From: Escherichia coli
GTDB lineage: Bacteria; Pseudomonadota; Gammaproteobacteria; Enterobacterales; Enterobacteriaceae
Length of the DNA stretch: 64,000 nucleotides
Assembly (NCBI RefSeq): GCF_013122565.1
Contig: NZ_CP053258.1
Strand: one strand, 5' to 3'
In this document: positions 1 through 11,273 of the stretch, in pieces
How positions within the stretch are numbered: the first letter of the stretch is position 1
Layout of the letters: each line of letters begins with the position of its first letter
Made by a program: the position numbers and the translations under genes
Notes under the pieces: model-generated
Databases searched by the model: none
What the model was told of the DNA's origin: nothing
What the model saw: the letters and a program-made list of their open reading frames with translations, nothing else

Positions 1-177
1 TTGCGTGTTATTGGTCACGCTGAATCCACCCAGACTTCCTAACGTACCACCAGCACCTTCTGTTGGACGTACGGTTGCAGACCCTGCACGCATAAAAAAT
101 TCGCCTGCTTCATGCGCATAGGCACTGCCAGAGAGAAGAGTTGTTACTGCCAAAGCCGCCACTGTTAACTTTTTCAT
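1..177 (-). CDS. ompW: Outer membrane protein W, N-terminal portion (gene runs off the window start)
   Basis: Reverse-strand ATG at 175-177; translation begins MKKLTVAALAV, a signal peptide matching OmpW; synteny next to yciC. Confidence 0.85.
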   Translation of the reverse strand, partial: MKKLTVAALAVTTLLSGSAYAHEAGEFFMRAGSATVRPTEGAGGTLGSLGGFSVTNNTQ

Positions 178-533
178 ATCCGCTCCGTCGTTATGGTTAT
201 AAAAACGTGACGAATATACCTACATTGGAGTAACAAATGATCCTACATAGATCACATTACATATGATAATTCACCCTTTATTGATCTGGATTAATTTAGA
301 AGTTGTATTGAAAATCCTGGTTAATGTGATTTAAATCAATTTTTAAATATTTTCGCTACGCAAATATTAACTCGCTCGCCACTTGCCGCGGTTCGCCCAC
401 GCCTGAAGGCCAGCAATTACCTCCGCTTTACAAAGATATGCTTTTCCATACAAGACCTGATGCTGCCACCCGAGGCTTAACCAGGGTACAATTGCCCGCT
501 AATTAACACCTGCATAAAACTCAAGGAGAGTGC

Positions 534-1277
534 ATGTCTATCACGGCGCAGTCCGTATACCGTGACACCGGAAATTTCTTCCGTAATCAATTTATGACCA
601 TTCTGTTGGTATCGTTGCTATGTGCGTTTATCACAGTGGTGTTAGGGCATGTTTTCTCACCCAGTGATGCACAGCTTGCGCAGCTCAATGACGGCGTGCC
701 CGTTAGCGGCAGTAGTGGGTTGTTCGACCTGGTTCAGAATATGTCACCGGAACAGCAACAAATTTTGCTGCAGGCTTCAGCGGCGTCCACTTTTTCAGGA
801 TTAATCGGTAACGCCATTCTCGCCGGAGGCGTAATATTAATTATCCAGCTGGTGTCTGCGGGTCAGAGAGTCAGTGCGCTGCGAGCTATTGGTGCCAGTG
901 CGCCGATATTGCCAAAGTTATTTATTCTGATTTTTCTGACTACCCTTTTAGTACAGATTGGCATCATGCTGGTGGTCGTTCCGGGAATTATCATGGCCAT
1001 TTTACTGGCTCTGGCACCGGTGATGTTGGTACAGGACAAAATGGGCATTTTTGCCTCGATGCGTAGCAGTATGCGACTGACATGGGCGAATATGCGTCTG
1101 GTGGCGCCCGCAGTACTGAGCTGGTTGCTGGCAAAAACACTGTTGCTGCTTTTTGCCTCTTCTTTTGCCGCATTAACCCCGGAAATTGGTGCCGTACTGG
1201 CGAACACCTTGAGCAACCTGATCTCAGCCGTATTGCTCATCTATCTGTTCCGTCTGTATATGTTGATTCGCCAATAA
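534..1277 (+). CDS. yciC: UPF0259 inner membrane protein YciC
   Basis: 247-aa ORF from track, multi-TM hydrophobic protein, recognised sequence and synteny. Confidence 0.93.
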   Translation: MSITAQSVYRDTGNFFRNQFMTILLVSLLCAFITVVLGHVFSPSDAQLAQLNDGVPVSGSSGLFDLVQNMSPEQQQILLQASAASTFSGLIGNAILAGGVILIIQLVSAGQRVSALRAIGASAPILPKLFILIFLTTLLVQIGIMLVVVPGIIMAILLALAPVMLVQDKMGIFASMRSSMRLTWANMRLVAPAVLSWLLAKTLLLLFASSFAALTPEIGAVLANTLSNLISAVLLIYLFRLYMLIRQ

Positions 1278-1306
1278 CCTTAAGCATTTGATTACGGAAT
1301 CGTAAA

Positions 1307-1846
1307 ATGAAGCAGTTTCTTGATTTTTTACCGCTGGTTGTCTTTTTCGCGTTTTACAAAATTTATGACATCTATGCGGCTACTGCGGCGCTGATCGTCG
1401 CCACGGCGATTGTGCTTATCTATAGCTGGGTTCGCTTTCGTAAGGTTGAGAAGATGGCCCTGATCACTTTTGTTCTGGTGGTCGTCTTCGGTGGCTTGAC
1501 GCTGTTCTTCCACAATGATGAGTTTATTAAATGGAAGGTTACAGTCATTTATGCTCTGTTTGCGGGAGCCCTGTTAGTCAGCCAATGGGTGATGAAAAAG
1601 CCGCTAATTCAGCGGATGCTGGGTAAAGAACTCACGCTGCCGCAACCGGTATGGTCGAAGCTAAATCTGGCCTGGGCTGTTTTCTTTATCCTTTGCGGTC
1701 TGGCAAACATCTACATCGCATTCTGGCTGCCGCAAAATATTTGGGTCAACTTTAAAGTCTTTGGCCTGACCGCCCTTACCTTAATCTTCACATTGTTAAG
1801 CGGTATCTATATCTACCGCCACATGCCGCAGGAAGATAAATCCTAA
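1307..1846 (+). CDS. yciB: Inner membrane protein YciB (intracellular septation protein A family)
   Basis: 179-aa [24 protein letters not shown], recognised YciB; synteny. Confidence 0.94.
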   Translation: MKQFLDFLPLVVFFAFYKIYDIYAATAALIVATAIVLIYSWVRFRKVEKMALITFVLVVVFGGLTLFFHNDEFIKWKVTVIYALFAGALLVSQWVMKKPLIQRMLGKELTLPQPVWSKLNLAWAVFFILCGLANIYIAFWLPQNIWVNFKVFGLTALTLIFTLLSGIYIYRHMPQEDKS

Positions 1847-1950
1847 CCAGACTGCCAGTCCTTCGGGGCTGGCGCTGTATCTCCTCTGTTCTCCTCAGGA
1901 AAATCATAGTAGCATCGCGCCTGTGATTTTCCTTTTAAGTCGGTTTTACC

Positions 1951-2349
1951 ATGTCTACAACACATAACGTCCCTCAGGGCGATCTTGTTTTACGTACTTT
2001 AGCCATGCCCGCCGATACCAATGCCAATGGTGACATCTTTGGTGGTTGGTTAATGTCACAAATGGATATTGGCGGCGCTATTCTGGCGAAAGAAATTGCC
2101 CACGGTCGCGTAGTGACTGTGCGGGTTGAAGGAATGACTTTCTTACGGCCGGTTGCGGTCGGCGATGTGGTGTGCTGCTATGCACGCTGTGTCCAGAAAG
2201 GGACGACATCGGTCAGCATTAATATTGAAGTGTGGGTGAAAAAAGTAGCGTCTGAACCAATCGGGCAACGCTATAAAGCGACAGAAGCATTATTTAAGTA
2301 TGTCGCGGTTGATCCTGAAGGAAAACCTCGCGCCTTACCTGTTGAGTAA
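1951..2349 (+). CDS. yciA: Acyl-CoA thioesterase YciA (hotdog fold)
   Basis: 132-aa ORF, recognised YciA sequence; synteny. Confidence 0.93.
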   Translation: MSTTHNVPQGDLVLRTLAMPADTNANGDIFGGWLMSQMDIGGAILAKEIAHGRVVTVRVEGMTFLRPVAVGDVVCCYARCVQKGTTSVSINIEVWVKKVASEPIGQRYKATEALFKYVAVDPEGKPRALPVE

Positions 2350-2354
2350 TAATC

Positions 2355-2378
2355 AAAAGCCTCCGGTCGGAGGCTTTT
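2355..2378. terminator. Bidirectional Rho-independent terminator between convergent yciA and tonB
   Basis: Perfect hairpin aaaagcctccg-gtc-ggaggctttt with A-run on one side and T-run on the other, lying between the two stop codons. Confidence 0.8.
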
Positions 2379-2388
2379 GACTTTCTGC

Positions 2389-3108
2389 TTACTGAATTTC
2401 GGTGGTGCCGTTAATTTTAAACAGGATATTCACCACAATCCCACTGCCTGGCTTACCCGGCTCATAACGCCATCTGCGCATCGCATTTTTCACCTCACGC
2501 TCAAACATGTTCGCAGGCTTGGCTGAGAGGATTTGCACGTTATCCACGCGACCATCCGGCGTGACATCAAATTTAACTTTAACCTGCCCTTCAATGCGCA
2601 ATGCCTGTGCTCGTGCCGGATACTGCGGCTGATTACGGCTTAATGCGCGTGGTCCTGAAGCCACACTGGTAACCGGCTTGCTGGTTGCAGCCGTTGCCGT
2701 ACTTGATGTAGGGCGCGCGGGTGCCGTATTTTCAAACGGTGATGCCGGACGCGACTCTACGGGTTTGACATCGCGTTTTGGCTGCTCCTGTACCTTTTTC
2801 ACCGGCTTCGGTTTTGGCTTAGGTTTCGGCTTCGGCTTTTCAATGACCACCGGTGCTTCTTTTGGCGGTTCAGGAATCGGCTCAGGTTCCGGTTCTGGCT
2901 CTACCACCGGCTCCGGTGGCGGCTGAACGGCTTGTGGCGGTTCGAGATCAGCAGGCGCAACCATCGTAACAGAAATCGGCTGCGCAGGCGCAGGTAGTTC
3001 AATAACCTGATGTACCGAGGTATAGAGCAGACCCGCCACAACAGCACCATGAATGCAGACCGAAAGTAACGTCGGCCAGGGGAAGCGGCGAGGTAAATCA
3101 AGGGTCAT
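2389..3108 (-). CDS. tonB: TonB energy transducer (239 aa; internal start used, track ORF extends to 3159)
   Basis: [18 protein letters not shown]-terminus, (EP)n and (KP)n proline-rich repeats, C-terminal TonB domain. Confidence 0.95.
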   Translation of the reverse strand: MTLDLPRRFPWPTLLSVCIHGAVVAGLLYTSVHQVIELPAPAQPISVTMVAPADLEPPQAVQPPPEPVVEPEPEPEPIPEPPKEAPVVIEKPKPKPKPKPKPVKKVQEQPKRDVKPVESRPASPFENTAPARPTSSTATAATSKPVTSVASGPRALSRNQPQYPARAQALRIEGQVKVKFDVTPDGRVDNVQILSAKPANMFEREVKNAMRRWRYEPGKPGSGIVVNILFKINGTTEIQ

Positions 3109-3331
3109 TGAAGTCATAATCATTTCAGCAGAAAAACCAGGCCTCGATTTTAAATGCAAATAGCAATCATATTCAATAAGGCAAGACGATCAGGATCAGT
3201 GAAAATGTCATTTTTGGCGTAATTGACCTTACTTTATGCATGGTCTTAACAAAGACATCATCTTTCCGTTGCAGATCTTCGCCCTTTCAAATAACGTACT
3301 TTACAACTTTCCCGAACAAGGAGTTGTGCCC

Positions 3332-3628
3332 GTGTTGTATGTTATTTACGCTCAAGACAAAGCTGATAGCCTCGAAAAACGCCTTTCCGTTCGTCCGGCA
3401 CATTTAGCACGTTTACAGTTACTGCATGATGAAGGTCGTTTGTTGACAGCTGGTCCAATGCCAGCGGTAGACAGTAACGATCCAGGGGCTGCGGGATTTA
3501 CTGGCTCAACCGTTATTGCTGAATTTGAATCGCTGGAAGCAGCTCAGGCCTGGGCCGATGCTGACCCGTACGTAGCGGCAGGTGTCTATGAACACGTTTC
3601 AGTGAAACCATTTAAGAAAGTGTTCTGA
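3332..3628 (+). CDS. yciI: YciI-family protein (98 aa, GTG start preceded by AAGGAG)
   Basis: [18 protein letters not shown] sequence recognised as YciI; SD aaggag 9 nt upstream of GTG at 3332. Confidence 0.9.
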
Positions 3629-3650
3629 GTAGAGATCCAATATTTAAGGG

Positions 3651-3678
3651 CACGGTTTTTGCAACCGTGTTCTTGTTT
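3651..3678 (+). terminator. Rho-independent terminator after yciI
   Basis: Hairpin cacggtt-tttgc-aaccgtg followed by ttcttgttt. Confidence 0.7.
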
Positions 3679-3927
3679 GGCCTTTCCTTATAGCCGGTCA
3701 GTGCATTCACCACCACAAGCAGATAATAACTTTATCTGTATTTCTTTATATGATGTGAGCATATTCAGGAAAAATGACCTTTCCTGAGGTACAGTTGCTC
3801 GCTCAAAACCTTTGATTACTGCGGATAAAGTCATCTACTATTGTTTAACACATTCACGCGCTGCATGTATGTTCGGAAAATGTGCACGCTAAGATAATTA
3901 AACAAAATTGTGGTTACAGAGGTATCA

Positions 3928-5181
3928 GTGAGTCACTGGGCTACATTCAAACAAACAGCAACAAATTTATGGGTGACCCTACGGCACGACATGCTCGCGC
4001 TGGCCGTCTTTTTAAATGGATTGCTTATTTTTAAAACAATCTATGGTATGTCGGTCAATTTGCTTGATATTTTCCATATTAAAGCATTTTCAGAGCTGGA
4101 TCTCTCCTTGCTGGCAAACGCCCCACTATTTATGCTCGGCGTATTTCTTGTCCTGAACTCCATTGGCTTACTGTTCCGGGCAAAGCTCGCATGGGCAATC
4201 AGTATCATTTTGTTGTTGATAGCGCTAATTTACACCCTGCATTTTTATCCGTGGCTGAAATTCAGTATTGGATTTTGCATTTTTACGCTGGTGTTTTTGC
4301 TGATACTGCGCAAAGACTTCTCCCACAGTAGCGCCGCAGCCGGGACAATTTTCGCATTTATTAGTTTCACGACGTTACTGTTTTACTCCACCTACGGTGC
4401 GCTTTATTTAAGCGAAGGTTTTAATCCGCGAATAGAAAGTTTGATGACCGCGTTCTATTTTTCAATAGAAACCATGTCAACCGTCGGCTATGGCGATATT
4501 GTCCCTGTTTCTGAGTCAGCACGATTGTTCACTATTTCGGTCATTATTTCCGGCATTACCGTTTTTGCCACCTCTATGACCTCAATTTTTGGTCCGCTTA
4601 TCCGCGGGGGATTCAACAAACTTGTAAAAGGAAACAATCATACAATGCATCGTAAAGATCATTTTATTGTTTGCGGGCATTCGATTCTCGCCATCAATAC
4701 GATTCTGCAACTGAATCAACGCGGACAAAACGTAACGGTTATCAGCAACTTGCCTGAAGATGATATCAAGCAACTTGAGCAACGCTTAGGCGATAACGCT
4801 GATGTTATCCCCGGTGACAGTAATGACAGTTCAGTATTAAAGAAAGCGGGAATCGATCGTTGCCGGGCCATTCTGGCGCTGAGTGATAACGATGCAGATA
4901 ACGCGTTTGTTGTACTCTCGGCAAAAGATATGAGCAGTGATGTTAAAACAGTTCTCGCCGTCAGTGATAGCAAAAACCTGAATAAGATTAAGATGGTACA
5001 TCCGGATATCATTCTCTCACCGCAACTGTTTGGCAGCGAAATTCTGGCGCGAGTTTTAAATGGTGAAGAGATTAATAATGATATGCTCGTTTCAATGTTG
5101 TTGAACTCCGGTCATGGCATTTTCAGCGATAACGATGAACAAGAAACGAAAGCTGACAGTAAAGAATCGGCGCAAAAATAG
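3928..5181 (+). CDS. kch: Kch potassium channel homologue (417 aa, GTG start; track ORF begins at 3910)
   Basis: TM core with pore signature TVGYGD and C-terminal RCK/TrkA-like domain; sequence recognised as Kch. Confidence 0.93.
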   Translation: MSHWATFKQTATNLWVTLRHDMLALAVFLNGLLIFKTIYGMSVNLLDIFHIKAFSELDLSLLANAPLFMLGVFLVLNSIGLLFRAKLAWAISIILLLIALIYTLHFYPWLKFSIGFCIFTLVFLLILRKDFSHSSAAAGTIFAFISFTTLLFYSTYGALYLSEGFNPRIESLMTAFYFSIETMSTVGYGDIVPVSESARLFTISVIISGITVFATSMTSIFGPLIRGGFNKLVKGNNHTMHRKDHFIVCGHSILAINTILQLNQRGQNVTVISNLPEDDIKQLEQRLGDNADVIPGDSNDSSVLKKAGIDRCRAILALSDNDADNAFVVLSAKDMSSDVKTVLAVSDSKNLNKIKMVHPDIILSPQLFGSEILARVLNGEEINNDMLVSMLLNSGHGIFSDNDEQETKADSKESAQK

Positions 5182-5235
5182 AGTTTAAAGACGGAAGAGT
5201 AAACTTATTGGGCACCGCAATGGTGCCCAGTACAT

Positions 5236-5409
5236 TTAGATATTGTAGATCGCAAACAATAACGAGTTACGCTGTTTGTTTAGAATGCACTTCCTGATGC
5301 TGTGGATACGCATATTTCGGCGCGATTGCCCCTCAAGCCAACGCGATTTACGTCGGCTAGCCTGACGCTGCATGCGCCAGCGCCCCACTTCCGTTCTACT
5401 CCGCTTCAT
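5236..5409 (-). CDS. yciY: Small basic protein (57 aa), YciY-like
   Basis: ATG at 5409; MKRSRTEVGRWRMQRQASRRK arginine-rich product; I recall a small annotated gene at this position between cls and kch in K-12 but cannot verify. Confidence 0.4.
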   Translation of the reverse strand: MKRSRTEVGRWRMQRQASRRKSRWLEGQSRRNMRIHSIRKCILNKQRNSLLFAIYNI

Positions 5410-5551
5410 GTTAACTACTCTATGCAATAACAGAATGGTCATTATACCCCCGCCCCCGACGCTGACCAGTGCTTTTCCCGCGTTTTTATTTGCCAGATGA
5501 ATCCATATGCGTAAACTCATAACAATGCGCTTTCAAAAGGATTTCTAATCT

Positions 5552-7376
<1,825 letters not shown>

Positions 7377-7405
7377 CGCTTGCAATCGGATGTGACGCAG
7401 CTGCG

Positions 7406-8275
7406 TCACATCCGCTCTTCATTTTCCACATCTACCTTTTCCCTCCCCAGTTCATTGCCACAAATACGACAATACTTCGCATCCTGTGCATGATTTTGGG
7501 TATTGCATTTAGGACAACAGAGAAGTTTTTTAGTCTGTTCAAGTTCGCTGGTGAGTTGCGCAGTAATAATCCCCGTCGGAATTGCAATGACTGAGTAGCC
7601 AATTAAGATTAATACTGAGGCCACCATCCTTCCTGCCTCTGTATGCGGCGTAATATCCCCATATCCAACGGTAGTCACAGTCACTATCGCCCAGTAAACC
7701 GCTGTACCCAACGAGTTAAATCCGTTTGATGCGCCTTCTATAGCGTACATTAACGCCCCAGCGACGATCATCACAATTGCAATAAATGCATAAAAAAGAA
7801 TCAACTGATGTCGGGCATTTTTTATCGCCCGCCATAAACTGTTTAAGGCAGGCATAAAGCGAAGCAGGCGCAAAATTCGCAACGCGCGAATAGCTCTCAT
7901 CGCTCGCCAGGCAAATAAATAAGTAAAACCAATTTCAGGCCATAGCCACATAACATACAGCGGCAAAATGGTGGTCAGATCGATAATTCCCCAAAAGCTA
8001 AAAACATAACTTACCGGATTCGGCCAGCTTAATATCCGCAGGAAATACTCGATGGTGAAAATTAAGGTAAAGAAGAGTTCCACCCAGACAAAGATATGCC
8101 ATTCGTCGTAGGTTAACTGAAATTGCGATCCAATACCGGATTCTATGAAAACAACGCCAACACTTAACAATGCGAGAAAACCAAACAGCGCCTCGCATCG
8201 TCTACCGGTTTTTGTATGCCGATCAAAAAGAAAATGATAAAACCGCTGACGATAGCCTGAAAGTTGTCCTGTCAC
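7406..8275 (-). CDS. Kv-type voltage-gated potassium channel (6 TM, charged S4, TVGYGD pore) with C-terminal zinc-ribbon tail
   Basis: 289-aa ORF; S4 motif RAMRAIRALRILRLLR with R every third residue; selectivity filter TVGYGD; C-terminal CPKC-x12-CRIC; GGGAGG SD 5 nt upstream of GTG start. Confidence 0.8.
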   Translation of the reverse strand: MTGQLSGYRQRFYHFLFDRHTKTGRRCEALFGFLALLSVGVVFIESGIGSQFQLTYDEWHIFVWVELFFTLIFTIEYFLRILSWPNPVSYVFSFWGIIDLTTILPLYVMWLWPEIGFTYLFAWRAMRAIRALRILRLLRFMPALNSLWRAIKNARHQLILFYAFIAIVMIVAGALMYAIEGASNGFNSLGTAVYWAIVTVTTVGYGDITPHTEAGRMVASVLILIGYSVIAIPTGIITAQLTSELEQTKKLLCCPKCNTQNHAQDAKYCRICGNELGREKVDVENEERM

Positions 8276-8290
8276 CTGCGCCTCCCATGA

Positions 8291-8317
8291 AAAAGGGCCG
8301 GCAATTGACCAGCCCTT
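8291..8317 (-). terminator. Rho-independent terminator of the opp operon
   Basis: On minus strand GGGCUGG-ucaauug-CCGGCCC stem-loop followed by UUUUU, beginning 8 nt after the oppF stop. Confidence 0.7.
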
Positions 8318-8324
8318 AACCGCT

Positions 8325-9329
8325 TTATAACGGATCGACTTTCAGGCAAGAAACGGCGTGTCTGAAACTCCCCTCCAGCACAGGACGTGTTTTGGCACAC
8401 TCCGGACCGGCAATCGGGCAACGGGTACGGAAAACACAACCGGAAGGCGGGTTGATCGGCGACGGTAATTCCCCTTCCAGTAACTGGATGGTTTTGTTCT
8501 TCTCCAGATCCGGATCAGGTATGGGGACTGCCGACATCAATGCCCGGGTGTAAGGATGTAGTGGATTGTGGTAGACCTCATCATAGGTCCCCAGTTCTAC
8601 CGCATGGCCGAGATACATCACTAACACACGATCGGAAATGTGTTTTACCACGGCCAGGTCGTGAGCGATAAAAATTAATGACAATCCCATCTCACGTTGC
8701 AACTGCTGGAGCAGGTTGACCACCTGCGCCTGAATTGACACGTCCAGCGCCGACACCGGCTCATCACAGATAATCAGCTTCGGTTCAAGAATAAGAGCAC
8801 GAGCAATCCCGATACGCTGGCACTGCCCACCGGAAAATTCATGCGGATAGCGGTTAATCAGGTTAGGCAATAACCCGACTTTCAGCATCATCGCCTTCAC
8901 GCGCTCGCGAACTTCCTGGCGTGACATTTTCGGATGATAGGTACGCAGCGGTTCAGCGATAATCTCACCGATGGTCATACGCGGGTTTAGTGATGCTAAC
9001 GGATCCTGGAAAATCATCTGAATATCACTGCGAACGGCACGCCATTCATCGGGCTTCATGCCCAGCAACTCTTTACCTAACCAAGCAACATGACCGTCGG
9101 TCGCCTTGACCAAACCGATGATGGCGCGAGCAAAGGTGGACTTACCGCATCCCGATTCCCCTACCACACCTAATGTTTCCCCTTCATACAGGCGAAGAGT
9201 GACACCATCGACGGCTTTGAGCGTTTTCGGCGGTTGCCAGAACCACTGCTTGCCATCTTTGATTTCAAAGTGCACTTTTAGATCGGCGATTTCGAGGAGG
9301 ACTTTTCTTCCTTCGGTTACAGCATTCAT
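8325..9329 (-). CDS. oppF: Oligopeptide ABC transporter ATP-binding protein OppF
   Basis: 334-aa ORF with Walker A GESGCGKST and ABC signature LSGGQCQR. Confidence 0.96.
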   Translation of the reverse strand: MNAVTEGRKVLLEIADLKVHFEIKDGKQWFWQPPKTLKAVDGVTLRLYEGETLGVVGESGCGKSTFARAIIGLVKATDGHVAWLGKELLGMKPDEWRAVRSDIQMIFQDPLASLNPRMTIGEIIAEPLRTYHPKMSRQEVRERVKAMMLKVGLLPNLINRYPHEFSGGQCQRIGIARALILEPKLIICDEPVSALDVSIQAQVVNLLQQLQREMGLSLIFIAHDLAVVKHISDRVLVMYLGHAVELGTYDEVYHNPLHPYTRALMSAVPIPDPDLEKNKTIQLLEGELPSPINPPSGCVFRTRCPIAGPECAKTRPVLEGSFRHAVSCLKVDPL

Positions 9330-10339
9330 AACAGTTCCTCCACCGGTTTAAAGCAAGCACGCAGACGGCCAGGCGTAAACTCTTCCAGTGGCGGTGCGCT
9401 ACTACAAATTTCCATCGCATGTGGACAACGTGGCTGGAACGGGCAACCTTTCGGTAATCGCAGCAAGTTTGGTGGATTACCCGGGATGGTCAACATTGTT
9501 TCACCTTCCGCATCGAGACGCGGCACCGCGTTGAGCAAACCGATAGAATAAGGATGAACGGGTTGATAAAAGACATCGCGCGCGTTGCCATATTCCATCG
9601 TGCGCCCGGCATACATTACCAGCACTTTGTCGCAGATCCCCGCCACCACGCCAAGATCGTGGGTGATCATTATGATGGCGGTATTAAATTCCCGCTTCAG
9701 TTCATTCAATAGCGTCATGATCTGCGCCTGTACGGTGACGTCCAGCGCAGTAGTGGGTTCATCCGCAATCAGCAGCTTAGGTCGACATAGCAATGCCATC
9801 GCAATCATGACTCGCTGACGCATGCCGCCAGAAAATTCGTGCGGGTACATTTTCATGCGTTTACGCGCTTCCGGCATTTTTACCGCATCGAGCATCCGCA
9901 CCGACTCTTCAAACGCCTCAGCTTTGCTCATGTTCTTATGCAGCATCAGCACTTCCATTAACTGCTCACCGACACGCATATAGGGATTCAACGAAGTCAT
10001 TGGGTCCTGAAAAATCATTGAGATTTGTTCAGCGCGCAGTTTATTGAGTTCATGCTCTGGCAAATTGAGGATTTCACGCCCATTGAAGGTTGCCGAACCG
10101 CCAATACGTCCGTTGGCAGCCAACAGGCCCATCAACGCAAATGCAGTTTGCGATTTACCCGAACCAGACTCACCTACAATGCCCAACGTTTCTCCGGCTC
10201 GTAGGGAAAAATTCAAATCATTGACCGCCGTGACGTCGCCGTCCGGGGTACTAAAGGTGACACGCAAATCTTTCACGTTCAGCAGTGCGTCAGCCTGTTG
10301 TTGTGCGAGCGGCACAGTTGCAGTTTCAATTACGCTCAT
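9326..10339 (-). CDS. oppD: Oligopeptide ABC transporter ATP-binding protein OppD
   Basis: 337-aa ORF with Walker A GESGSGKSQ and ABC signature FSGGMRQR; 4-bp overlap with oppF. Confidence 0.96.
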   Translation of the reverse strand: MSVIETATVPLAQQQADALLNVKDLRVTFSTPDGDVTAVNDLNFSLRAGETLGIVGESGSGKSQTAFALMGLLAANGRIGGSATFNGREILNLPEHELNKLRAEQISMIFQDPMTSLNPYMRVGEQLMEVLMLHKNMSKAEAFEESVRMLDAVKMPEARKRMKMYPHEFSGGMRQRVMIAMALLCRPKLLIADEPTTALDVTVQAQIMTLLNELKREFNTAIIMITHDLGVVAGICDKVLVMYAGRTMEYGNARDVFYQPVHPYSIGLLNAVPRLDAEGETMLTIPGNPPNLLRLPKGCPFQPRCPHAMEICSSAPPLEEFTPGRLRACFKPVEELL

Positions 10340-10350
10340 GGCTGCACTCC

Positions 10351-11259
10351 TTAACGATCTTTCGGGTCGAGGGCATCACGCAAGCCATCGCCGATAAAGT
10401 TGAAACAAAACAGCGTCACCACGAGGAATCCCGCTGGGAACAACAGTAACCATGGAGAGACTTCCATCGAGTTCGCGCCATCACTCAGCAATGCACCCCA
10501 GCTGCTTAACGGCTCTTGCGTACCCAACCCCAGAAAGCTAAGGAAAGATTCAAAGAGGATCATGCTGGGCACCAGAAGTGATGCGTAGACCACCACCACA
10601 CCGAGTACATTCGGCACAATGTGGCGAATAACAATGCCCGACGTCGATACACCGCCAACTTGTGCCGCCTCAATAAACTCTTTGCGCTTCAGACTCAGGG
10701 TTTGCCCACGCACAATACGAGCCATATCCAGCCAGGAAACCATGCCTATCGCCACGAAAATCAGCAGGATGTTTTGACCGAAAAAGGTCACCAGCAAAAT
10801 GACGAAGAACATGAATGGGAAGGAGTTGAGGATTTCCAGCAGACGCATCATTACCGAATCCACTTTACCGCCCAGATAACCGGAAAGCGAACCATAAAGT
10901 GTCCCGACGACCACTGCCACCAGTGCCGCAGCAACACCAACCATGAGTGAGATACGCCCGCCAATCGCAACGCGCACAAGCAGGTCGCGACCGGATGAGT
11001 CAGTACCAAAGTAGTGACCGGACTCCATATCCGGGGCGCTGGACATCATCGCCCAGTCAGTATCATCATAGGCAAACTGCGAAAGCATCGGTGCCAGGAT
11101 TACAAATAACGCGATCAGCACCAGCACTATCAGACTGGCAACGGCCGCACGGTTATGCATAAAACGTCGACGTGCGTCCTGCCACAAGCTGCGCCCTTCG
11201 ACCTCCAGCTTTTCACTGAAATTTTCCAGCGTCTCGCTGTTTTTCTTACTTAACATCAT
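10351..11259 (-). CDS. oppC: Oligopeptide ABC transporter permease OppC
   Basis: 302-aa multi-TM permease; operon context. Confidence 0.95.
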   Translation of the reverse strand: MMLSKKNSETLENFSEKLEVEGRSLWQDARRRFMHNRAAVASLIVLVLIALFVILAPMLSQFAYDDTDWAMMSSAPDMESGHYFGTDSSGRDLLVRVAIGGRISLMVGVAAALVAVVVGTLYGSLSGYLGGKVDSVMMRLLEILNSFPFMFFVILLVTFFGQNILLIFVAIGMVSWLDMARIVRGQTLSLKRKEFIEAAQVGGVSTSGIVIRHIVPNVLGVVVVYASLLVPSMILFESFLSFLGLGTQEPLSSWGALLSDGANSMEVSPWLLLFPAGFLVVTLFCFNFIGDGLRDALDPKDR

Positions 11260-11273
11260 CGCGAGCTCCAGTA

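Noticed and set aside
2678-3101. ORFs of 82 aa (plus) and 66 aa (minus) inside tonB
   Set aside because: Generated by the proline-rich (EP)n/(KP)n repeat region of tonB read in other frames; G/S-rich or R/L-rich low-complexity products.
7387-7414. Palindrome considered as a CRP binding site
   Set aside because: TGTGA and TCACA half-sites are separated by 10 bp rather than the 6 bp required for CRP; kept only as a generic palindrome/terminator candidate.
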